Source: Candidatus Harrisonbacteria bacterium
Lineage (GTDB): Bacteria; Patescibacteriota; Minisyncoccia; UBA6257; 02-FULL-45-10c
Direction of reading: 5' to 3'
DNA: 64,000 nucleotides
Assembly: GCA_016192685.1 (NCBI GenBank)
Contig: JACPTS010000001.1
Span: 97,710-161,709 of the forward strand
Of the stretch, positions 19,001-26,053 are shown piece by piece. Both the position numbers and the translations under genes were made by a program. Every line of letters begins with the position of its first letter. The first letter of the stretch is position 1. A model generated the notes under the pieces. It saw nothing but the letters and a program-made list of their open reading frames with translations. It had not been told where the DNA came from and did not search any database.

Positions 19001-22000
19001 AGGATTAGCGCCGGAACTGCCGGTGGAAACAGTTGGAGAACCATCCACAAAAACATTTCCGGAAGAATCTACCACCACTGAAACCTCCCGAGATTGGCCC
19101 ATGCCCGGATTAAAAGCGCCAACCACATAAGCGCCGCTTGTTACTTTAATGGAAAACGCGCCTGAAGCCGAAGTTTGAGAATGATTGCCGGTACCGCCGC
19201 TCGCCGAATAAGCAAATACCATAGCGCTGGAAATAGCGTTTCCCGAACCATCTTTCAAAACTCCGCTAATGGTTTTATCAGCTACGGAAATTGAAAAAGT
19301 ATAAGAAGAGGCCACGCTATTATCAATCTTGGCAACACAAGCCGACGGACAGCCGGAAACTTCCACATTCACTGGCTTAGGCATTGACCAGGTTGGCGCT
19401 GACGGCGGGCCGCTAAACCCGGCATTTCCCTTTGGCATGGGCGGGCCGATGCCAATGCCCCAAGAACCATTAGTTTGCGGTATAGGAATAGTAGTAAGAA
19501 CAGTACTGGCAGTCAAAGCCGCGGTGCCAGGCGTTACGGTTCTCACGATAAACTGGCCGGGTCCGCCGGCAAAAATATCAATTTGTTCCGTGGCAGTAAA
19601 AGTATTAGCAGTGGTGCTCGCTTTCACATTAAAATTAATTGCCGAAGAGGTCGCGGTTAAAGAAAAATTGCGCGTCAAAAGACTGGTGGAAGTGGCACGG
19701 ACCGGCGCGGGCATAGTTTCTCCAAAAAAAGCCGTAGTGGTTCCAGTCGGAGTAATAAAAGGATCAGTAAAAAGATAATATTCTCCGCCACCACCAAAAT
19801 TATTACTTAAAAATTGGGAATTGATTGGTATATTAGTAAATTGATAAAGGCCGTTACTATCGGAACTGGCGTCTAAGGGGCCGGTTTGGGGGGACATTAA
19901 ATGAATCGCCACGCCATTAAGATTCGCGCCATTCCCGCTTACCACTCCTTGAATGGTGGTAGTGGCTCCGCCGCCCAAAGATCCGCCATTAATAAATACC
20001 GGGTTAGCATTGAAAGATTCCAAAAGATTGCCGCTGTCATCTTTGGATTTGATATCCAAAACATAACCGGAGCTGTCAAAACCTTTTGGCACGGACGGAT
20101 TCTTAATATCCGCCACGGCAAATTTCAAAAAGTCATGGACATCGCCGCTTTCTGATCTGGTCGCGGTATCCAACTTCAAAGTAATAGTTTTGGCCGTAGT
20201 ATTTTTAGTAATTTGGCTAATACCAATAGTAAGGCTGTCACCGGGGCCGTTGATATCCTTATTTAAATCTTTAACTAAGGGATTATTAGCGCTAGTGGTA
20301 GCGGCGCAGCAAAACCCGAAATCTGAAGTAGAAGGAAAAGTAACTACAATAGTGCCGTTCGCCGGAATTCGCTTGGCAATCGGCAACTCAAAAATATAGG
20401 TGCTGGAAGCGCTGACAAAAGTGCTAAGCGGCCGCACGCTGACCGGCGGCATAAATCCAATGCCGCTGGAACTGAAATCTTTCACATCTCCAAAAGTTGA
20501 CCCGCTAAACGAGCCGGGACCGGTAAATCCGCCGGAAGCCGCGAAAGAGGCAATAGTGCCGGTAAAAGAACTGGAGCCGGACATTAAGTTGCTGGAGATA
20601 TCTTTAATATTTTGAGCGGCAATCACAAAAGTTGAGCCGGAAGCCAATCGCACTCCTTCTAATTTTGCCGTCCGGGTAGTCGCGTCATAGGTTAACTTAT
20701 GTCCGGCCAGAGCGCTTAAAGTTTGCGCTGTGCCACCAACAGTTAAAGTATAATTAGCCAAAGTAGTCGCGTCCGTGGAATTCACTGCTTCATCAAAAGT
20801 AATTGCCAAGCTAAAATCATCGCCATTGGCAAAAAGCATAGTTGGTCCGGCGCTGTCGGTATTAGAAGATTCCACGGTCCAGCTTCGAGTTACGTTAGTG
20901 CCGAGATACACTCCGGAAACATTTTTCAACGAAGCGCCCTTCAGTGTTAAAGTTAAAGTTTCTCCGGTTGGCAAAACATTACTCGGCGTAAAATGGCCTT
21001 CTTTGGAAACCGTATTGTAAAAAACCGAACCAGGAAGATTAATCCCTCCGCCCTTGCTTAAAGTTACGGCGCCGGAAGTAGCAGTCGTAACATCAATAAC
21101 ATCGTCAAAAGTAAATAAAAAATCATTGGTATTCGCGGAAATAGTAGTTCCCGGCGTAGGCAAGGCGGCAGTTAACGCGGGCGCGGTCGCATCGCTTTGG
21201 CCTCCGACAGTAAAAACTGAAGTATAAACAGCCGGTAAACCAATGCCGCTCAAATTTTTAACACCGCTTCCAACAGTTAAAGTATAAGTGGCATTAACAG
21301 TAAGAGTACTGCCAACAGTCATAATAAGGGCATTCCGGCCAGTGGAAGTGCTGAAAGTAAAACCGGAAAGAGTAATCCCGCCGCTAAGAGTGACATTGGT
21401 GGAGTTAAGTGTAGTCGTATCCATATCCGCCTGGCTAAATTCCGCCACAATTTTGGAAATATTAGTCGGAACATTTAAACTGCCGGGGAAAGGATCAGTA
21501 CCCACCACTCGCGGCGGCGTAATATTAGCAGTGGTTTGGCTTGCTCCGCCGGTAGTAAAAGTAGCAGTATAATTCTGATTTCCGGCAGTAAAAGTATTTT
21601 GATCTAATTGATTTCCGGAAAGGTCCTGGACATCGCTGGTAACGGTGAAAGTATAAGAGGTGCTTCCTGACAAAGAATTCGCGAGCAAAACGCATTTTGC
21701 TTCCGGTTCATAATTACCGTGGAAAGGATTATAAGTGACGCTGGTGCAAAGATTAGAACCGGTTCCGCCGGCTTTTAAAGTAACCGTAGTGGTAGCGCTG
21801 GCTGATACAATAGTAGCGTTCGCTACTGGTTTGTTAAAATTAAAACCAATATAGGATAAATCCTTTGGCGCATTGATCATTTGGTCGCCCGGGAAAGAAC
21901 CGCTCACTTGTAATTTAGAGGTGTCCTGATTGCCGCCGCCAAAAGGAAATTCAGTCGCGCTAGCATTATTTTGAGGTTGCGGAGTAGTTCGGGAAGCAAA

Positions 22001-23158
22001 TTCCACGGAGTTCATATTTTTATCAAACCCATTTCCTTTAGTCGCGTCAGCTCCGCCAACAGCCATCGTAACCGCGGTGGAAGTGGCATTGGGATAACCC
22101 TGCGCTAATCTTTCAAGAGATGTCCCGTCATCCGCCAAGGCCGGAGCGCAAGGCGTAGTGCTTCCCTCGCCGTTTTCACAATTAGCAGTCGGCTGAAGGC
22201 CAAAACCAATCATATCAATTTTGGAACTGGTGGCTTGGGTTGTCGCGGAGGAAGTAGCAATGGAAAATCCGCCATGCAACGATAAAATGCTGGAGGTGGC
22301 ATTATAAACCGCGTCCAAAGGAACCGAACCGCTGTAACCGACTTGAGAACCAATTAAAAAATAACCGTGGCTGGGTATTACTTTTTTAAAATAATAAGTA
22401 AGCGCTACCGGCGTAGAACTGCCGTTCGGATAAAAAGCATGCAGGCGCAAGGGCAAATCCTCTAAATTAATATCCGCTTCCCCGGAATTATAAAGTTCAA
22501 TAAACTCATCGGCTGAATTGCCAGTTGAACCGGCTTTTACTTCGCTAATTTTTAAAGTAGCTGATTGATTAAGAGTTACTTTTTTGCCCGGATTGAAAGC
22601 ACTACCGATTCCGCCGGAAGTGGTACTGGCAAAATTATTCTGCATCCGGACGTCAAACCCATGGCTATTAGTAATGCCGCTAGCGGCCGTAGTAGAAGCA
22701 ACCACATAAAATTCCGTAGAAACAGCGCCGACAGAAGCCGCGGTGCTCGGCGTCAAAACAATCAATGTCCCGTCAGCCAACGGGCTGGTAGAAGCGGCGC
22801 CGGCAATAAAAGTATCTTCGCTAATTTGAAAATCGGGATGAGCGCCGGATTCTTTCCATAAAGAAATTCTGGAAATCTCTCCCTGGCTCATTGTTGAAGA
22901 AGCAAAAATTTGAACCCCAACTTTGCTCAAAGTATCAGAGCCGCTGGCTTGAACCAAACGAAATCTAACCATCGGGATAATCGCGCCGCCGCCAACCGTG
23001 ACGTTCTCAAAAAGCGCGTCAATCGGCGGAGCGTCCACGGTAATAGCTGCCTGGGCGGGCGCCACTAACAAAAAAACGGCTCCGAAAGCCGCCAAAACAT
23101 ATCCCAAACGTTTTGGAAAAGAAATAAAAGAAAAAAATGAAAAAACGCCAGTAGTCAT
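16049..23158 (-). CDS. Giant (2369 aa) secreted surface protein: lamin-tail domain, Ig-like (Big_5-like) repeats, carboxypeptidase-regulatory-like repeats, FN3, Gly linker, two peptidoglycan-binding-like repeats
   Basis: Signal peptide ending AQA; ISEV..DEFIELYN; P.V....P..FS/FD..L....Y..T repeats; I.G.V...A.VFA..G.Y.. repeats; WTAVSGATGYYIYR; LQSGARND.VKRVQQLL..TGFYG.LT..AV..FQ..G..GPKTRAKL twice. Confidence 0.82.
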   Translation of the reverse strand: MTTGVFSFFSFISFPKRLGYVLAAFGAVFLLVAPAQAAITVDAPPIDALFENVTVGGGAIIPMVRFRLVQASGSDTLSKVGVQIFASSTMSQGEISRISLWKESGAHPDFQISEDTFIAGAASTSPLADGTLIVLTPSTAASVGAVSTEFYVVASTTAASGITNSHGFDVRMQNNFASTTSGGIGSAFNPGKKVTLNQSATLKISEVKAGSTGNSADEFIELYNSGEADINLEDLPLRLHAFYPNGSSTPVALTYYFKKVIPSHGYFLIGSQVGYSGSVPLDAVYNATSSILSLHGGFSIATSSATTQATSSKIDMIGFGLQPTANCENGEGSTTPCAPALADDGTSLERLAQGYPNATSTAVTMAVGGADATKGNGFDKNMNSVEFASRTTPQPQNNASATEFPFGGGNQDTSKLQVSGSFPGDQMINAPKDLSYIGFNFNKPVANATIVSASATTTVTLKAGGTGSNLCTSVTYNPFHGNYEPEAKCVLLANSLSGSTSYTFTVTSDVQDLSGNQLDQNTFTAGNQNYTATFTTGGASQTTANITPPRVVGTDPFPGSLNVPTNISKIVAEFSQADMDTTTLNSTNVTLSGGITLSGFTFSTSTGRNALIMTVGSTLTVNATYTLTVGSGVKNLSGIGLPAVYTSVFTVGGQSDATAPALTAALPTPGTTISANTNDFLFTFDDVIDVTTATSGAVTLSKGGGINLPGSVFYNTVSKEGHFTPSNVLPTGETLTLTLKGASLKNVSGVYLGTNVTRSWTVESSNTDSAGPTMLFANGDDFSLAITFDEAVNSTDATTLANYTLTVGGTAQTLSALAGHKLTYDATTRTAKLEGVRLASGSTFVIAAQNIKDISSNLMSGSSSFTGTIASFAASGGFTGPGSFSGSTFGDVKDFSSSGIGFMPPVSVRPLSTFVSASSTYIFELPIAKRIPANGTIVVTFPSTSDFGFCCAATTSANNPLVKDLNKDINGPGDSLTIGISQITKNTTAKTITLKLDTATRSESGDVHDFLKFAVADIKNPSVPKGFDSSGYVLDIKSKDDSGNLLESFNANPVFINGGSLGGGATTTIQGVVSGNGANLNGVAIHLMSPQTGPLDASSDSNGLYQFTNIPINSQFLSNNFGGGGEYYLFTDPFITPTGTTTAFFGETMPAPVRATSTSLLTRNFSLTATSSAINFNVKASTTANTFTATEQIDIFAGGPGQFIVRTVTPGTAALTASTVLTTIPIPQTNGSWGIGIGPPMPKGNAGFSGPPSAPTWSMPKPVNVEVSGCPSACVAKIDNSVASSYTFSISVADKTISGVLKDGSGNAISSAMVFAYSASGGTGNHSQTSASGAFSIKVTSGAYVVGAFNPGMGQSREVSVVVDSSGNVFVDGSPTVSTGSSGANPFTLKMAKPSYKITGKVTDGTNAVGNASVFAYRTDAPGHVDALSDSSTGNYTIYVDNGTWKVSAFIPGFGPMSEQTVIISGANQSDINFAPSSSATFSIYSGYIYEDADSNSAFATSTEGISGAIIRLSGASGVNEAVSSNGEFSVRVPAGSGYTITDIFKPGYGRIAALNNNGNAIGTLNLTASSSNNYIKIPKRNTVVINVKDSNSNALQVTKAFVELFSTSTKQSTYIEISNATTTSLQYATGTTPIIRAFVQGVPPANVSVGSDSTGTSVSSAGALTIDNSTETVKITVNTNTAALSLVSGTVYHTAATAGNELTDAWIQFVDESNGVHFGTTATTSGAYSIKAANGTYKVLVSKPGYIGSPTTVTVSGTTTQNFVLTSASLTIAGQVTTGGSAASGAFVFAEKVGGGQAVTTTDTSGNYTLYVTSGTWRVFAAADGYSKSGYSSNPLTVSASQSSINIALTTTSSLQSKLATSNTFTDSSAGSLSDSTVNVKVDLDTNALGSSGNSSYLTAKQTSNYVDSVSVNIVASKAIDIDAFSGGSQKQNLESGKSATVQLTYTKAELASSGIDTTTEVANLKVVSYSEDKKEWESLSTTATYLDSSSNVVASPASNLSDVSTVTFTALGTHFSNYALSSPTDGDAPSTPSGVAAAAGAAGSKTITVSWTAVSGATGYYIYRDTTSGGSFALLADAGNVSSYADTSATNGTTFFYKVSAYKSSGTSESTASGDVNAKVQISDSGGGAGGGGGGGGGGFASYNYGTSPTPIASLAQAPVAVPKAPSVAQPSPVVQAVSPVFNQDLQSGARNDDVKRVQQLLASDKEVYPEGLATGFYGSLTQKAVLKFQLKHGVVKSGDEPGAGRLGPKTRAKLAEVFGAPKAVPTAPSVAQPSPVVQAVSPVFNQDLQSGARNDEVKRVQQLLASDKEVYPEGLATGFYGKLTEGAVRRFQLKHGVIQNANDPGNGRLGPKTRAKLEEVYGTKSQ
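16266..16654. repeat. Direct repeat encoding the duplicated peptidoglycan-binding modules
   Basis: 80-nt identity between 16266-16345 and 16575-16654 (offset 309). Confidence 0.85.
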
Positions 23159-23176
23159 TTAAAATATATTGAATTT

Positions 23177-23226
23177 ATTATAACAAAACAAAATGGATTT
23201 AAAAAAATCGGTTGTGGATAACTTTT
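23177..23226 (-). promoter_or_regulatory. Extended -10 promoter with an upstream consensus DnaA box
   Basis: TGTTATAAT at 23185-23177; TTATCCACA at 23221-23213. Confidence 0.6.
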
Positions 23227-23232
23227 CCACTC

Positions 23233-23370
23233 GCTATAACTATTTGTCTACCGGCACCGGAGTCCGCTTGCTCCTGCGGCAAGCGGCTCTTACGCCTCGC
23301 TCCGAAATTCGCCTTCGGCGATCCAAGCATTTCGGAGCTCCGTAGTTGCCGCACAACAAATAGTTATAGC
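23233..23370. other. 138-nt highly structured element (MITE/REP-like or small RNA)
   Basis: Perfect 15-bp terminal inverted repeat GCTATAACTATTTGT/ACAAATAGTTATAGC; inner stems CCGCTTGC/GCAAGCGG, GCTCCGAAAT/ATTTCGGAGC, TCGCC/GGCGA, CGGCA/TGCCG. Confidence 0.75.
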
Positions 23371-23398
23371 TCGCTCTATGATATTTTACTTCCTTTAA

Positions 23399-23436
23399 AA
23401 ATAACCGAGCACATAATATTATGTGCTCGGTTATTT
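23399..23436. terminator. Perfect 38-nt palindrome, probable terminator of the 310-aa gene
   Basis: AAATAACCGAGCACATAAT/ATTATGTGCTCGGTTATTT, 17 nt after the stop. Confidence 0.75.
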
Positions 23437-23453
23437 CTCAAGATTTTATAATC

Positions 23454-24386
23454 TTATCTTTTTAGTAAGGCTTCCAAGGCTTTTTTGGCCGCGTCAAGCT
23501 GGGACTGAAGAGCAGATTTAGAAGTAGAAGGGGCTGGGGCTGGAGTCGGTGCTGGAGCCGGCGCCGGAGCTGGTTTTGATTTCAACAAATTCTGCAATGC
23601 CTCTTTAGCCGCGTCAAGCTGGGATTGAAGAGCAGATTTAGAAGTAGCAGGAGCTGAAGCAGGTGCTGGAGTTGGAGCCGGAACAGCTGGTTTTTTTATT
23701 CTGTCTAATAAAGCTTTAAGCTGGCTGGCGGCTGCGTCAAGTTGGGAGCGCAATCTAGACGGAGTGGATGGCGCTGAAACTGGAGCCGCAACAGGCGCTG
23801 GGACTCCTCTTACTTTATTTAGAAGATTTTGAAGTTGTTGTTTCAAATTTTCTAAAAGAGAAGCAGTTGGAGAAAGTGGTCTAGCAGGAGTTAATTGACC
23901 AGCTGGAGTTAATTGAGCTGTTGGAGCTAATGTTGTGCCAGTTCCGCCTCCACCTCCACCACCGCCGCCTCCTCCACCACCACCGCCGCCGCCTCCGCCG
24001 CCAAGACCAGAGCAAGTTTCTGTAGTAGAAGGAGTAATAGTAACCGTAACTGTGCCGGAATCCTGGGCGGCAAAAACAGTAACGGATGATTCAGAAGACG
24101 TACAGCTGGATTCTTGTTGGATGGCGCCAGTAGCAGAAACCGCGAATTTTCTCCGGTCAGTTGAACTCATACCAAAAGATTTGGAAGGGCTCAAAACAAC
24201 ATCCATACTGGCCGTATCCACGGTAATAGAATCAATAACCCGATCAACGGCAGTTACCAAGAAGGTATAACTGCCAATCACTATTTCCGTATTGCCGCCG
24301 CCAGTCAAGGTAAGATCATTCGCGGCAAAAGCAAACAAAGGCAAAAGCAAAGCTGACAAGATTTTTAAATAAATCTTTTTTTTCAT
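23454..24386 (-). CDS. Secreted protein: beta-rich N-domain, ~20-Gly linker, Pro/Ala linkers and repeated LQSQLDAAK helices
   Basis: Signal peptide ending AFA; poly-Gly at 23944-24003; three (L)xSQLDAA repeats. Confidence 0.75.
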   Translation of the reverse strand: MKKKIYLKILSALLLPLFAFAANDLTLTGGGNTEIVIGSYTFLVTAVDRVIDSITVDTASMDVVLSPSKSFGMSSTDRRKFAVSATGAIQQESSCTSSESSVTVFAAQDSGTVTVTITPSTTETCSGLGGGGGGGGGGGGGGGGGGGGTGTTLAPTAQLTPAGQLTPARPLSPTASLLENLKQQLQNLLNKVRGVPAPVAAPVSAPSTPSRLRSQLDAAASQLKALLDRIKKPAVPAPTPAPASAPATSKSALQSQLDAAKEALQNLLKSKPAPAPAPAPTPAPAPSTSKSALQSQLDAAKKALEALLKR

Positions 24387-24401
24387 AAATTAATGTTGTC
24401 A

Positions 24402-24428
24402 ATCCCCCACCTAATTTATGTGGGGGAT
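24402..24428 (-). terminator. Hairpin after the 482-aa gene
   Basis: ATCCCCCAC-9 nt-GTGGGGGAT. Confidence 0.5.
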
Positions 24429-24440
24429 AAATGCTCAAGT

Positions 24441-25889
24441 TTATTGACAAGTTCCAGTTACCCAAACGGCAAAGAATCCTGATTTGCCGCTTGCAGCTGT
24501 AGCAGTCGCGAAAGCGCCTGGATCAGCAGGACCGATATACAATATATAATTTGTTCCATTAGAACCTCTCATTTGTATGCAACTGCCTTCAGGATTGGAA
24601 TCTGCCTGTAAGACAATAGTAGTTGTAGCACTGCTGGTAGCTGTTACTAAACTATTACTAAATAGAGTCGTGCCGCCAACGCTCAAAGTGCTGGAAGCGC
24701 TAAGAGGACCAGTAACATTCAACTGGGCAGCCACAGTGGAAGAAGAAGTCGTGACGAACCCGGCTAAGGTTGACAAGCTATTGACGGTTAAGGTGCCTTG
24801 AGTGGCAAAAGCTCCGGTAGAGGCAGTCGTGGTAGCTGTGCCGTTAACCCTCACATCGCCATAAAGGAAAGAGGTGCTGGTAACCGCTAAAGTGCTGGAG
24901 GCATTTAATTGGCCGGAGGCGGTAAGCTGAGCCACGCTGGAAGAAGCATTGGAAATAAATCCGCCAGTCAGAGTGGAAAGGCTATTAACTAATAACGTTG
25001 AAGAAGCGCTAAGAGGGCCGGTAACATTTAACTGGACAACAGCAGTGGAAGAAGCAGTCGTGATGAACCCGGCTAAGGTTGACAAGCTATTGACGGTTAA
25101 GGTGCCTTGAGTGGCAAAAGCTCCGGTAGAGGCAGTCGTGGTAGCTGTGCCGTTAACATTAAGGTTGTCATACAACGAAGTAATGCCAGTAACTGCCAAT
25201 GTGCTGGAGGCGAACAAAGAGCCGCGAGTGGTGAAATTACCGCTAGCCGCAGTCGTGGTAGCTGTGCCGTTAACATTAAGATTATTATATAACGTAGAAA
25301 TACCGCCAACTGACAATGTTGAAGAAGCGCTAAGAGAGCCATTAACATGCAATTGGGCATTAGCAGTGGAAGAAGAAGTAGTGATATATCCGGCTAAGGT
25401 TGACAAGCTATTGACGGTTAGAGTGCCTCGAGTAGCTAAATTACCCGAAGCAGCCGTAACCGTGGCAGTGCCGTTGATATTTACATCGCCATAAAGAAAA
25501 GAAGTGCTGGTAACCGCTAAAGTGCTGGAGGCATTTAATTGGCCGGAGGCGGTAAGCCGAGCTACGCTGGAAGAAGCATTGGAAATAAATCCGCCAGTCA
25601 GAGTGGAAAGGCCGTTAGCTAATAAAGTGCTGGAGGCATTGAATGGACCGGATACTTCCAACTGGGCATTTACAGTTGAAGAAGCTTTAGTAACAGAACC
25701 GCCAGTCATAGTAACCAAACCCGTGAGAGTAGAAGTATCAGTAACGCTCAAAGTACCGCCGGTGCTTAAATTAACACCGATTGTGGTAGCGGCAGTGGCT
25801 ACTAACCAAACGACCAAACTGGAAAGAACAACAGCAGTAAATACAGCAAAATATTGCTGCTTTCTGCTTAACGCATAACTTTTATTCAT
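24441..25889 (-). CDS. Secreted or anchored Ser/Thr-rich repetitive (beta-solenoid/fibre-like) surface protein
   Basis: N-terminal hydrophobic segment; repeated L.ASSTL.V, NGTATTTA and GTLTVNSLSTLAG units; DNA repeats at offsets 309 (24761/25070) and 630 (24874/25504). Confidence 0.78.
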   Translation of the reverse strand: MNKSYALSRKQQYFAVFTAVVLSSLVVWLVATAATTIGVNLSTGGTLSVTDTSTLTGLVTMTGGSVTKASSTVNAQLEVSGPFNASSTLLANGLSTLTGGFISNASSSVARLTASGQLNASSTLAVTSTSFLYGDVNINGTATVTAASGNLATRGTLTVNSLSTLAGYITTSSSTANAQLHVNGSLSASSTLSVGGISTLYNNLNVNGTATTTAASGNFTTRGSLFASSTLAVTGITSLYDNLNVNGTATTTASTGAFATQGTLTVNSLSTLAGFITTASSTAVVQLNVTGPLSASSTLLVNSLSTLTGGFISNASSSVAQLTASGQLNASSTLAVTSTSFLYGDVRVNGTATTTASTGAFATQGTLTVNSLSTLAGFVTTSSSTVAAQLNVTGPLSASSTLSVGGTTLFSNSLVTATSSATTTIVLQADSNPEGSCIQMRGSNGTNYILYIGPADPGAFATATAASGKSGFFAVWVTGTCQ

Positions 25890-25988
25890 AATCCTTTATT
25901 TTGAGAACCTAACCCTTTATAAAGATAGATTCTAAAATTATATTATTTTTACGACCTTAATTTTTAATTTTAATTTGTAATGAAATTA

Positions 25989-26040
25989 AGTATAAATAAA
26001 TCAGCAATTGGTGAAAAGGGGTGGGCTGTGGATAACTTTT
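25989..26040 (-). promoter_or_regulatory. -10 element with an upstream consensus DnaA box
   Basis: TATACT at 25994-25989; TTATCCACA at 26035-26027; TGTGGATAACTTTT is identical to 23213-23226. Confidence 0.55.
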
Positions 26041-26053
26041 TCATCGCTTATCG

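Noticed and set aside
23250-23355. Structured element as a tRNA
   Set aside because: No T-loop or D-loop consensus, no anticodon arm geometry, and no CCA end.
23212-23451. 79-aa plus-strand ORF
   Set aside because: It is a translation of the DnaA box, structured element and terminator, with a non-ATG start and no protein-like features.
23935-24270. Poly-Pro plus-strand ORF
   Set aside because: Antisense shadow of the poly-Gly codons of the 310-aa gene.
24700-25620. Repeats as a CRISPR array or a DGR template/variable pair
   Set aside because: They are in-frame coding repeats with no unique spacers, no adenine-specific mismatch pattern, and no cas or reverse transcriptase gene.
23213-26035. 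DnaA boxes as a replication origin
   Set aside because: The boxes are isolated and 2.8 kb apart, with no cluster and no dnaA or dnaN nearby.
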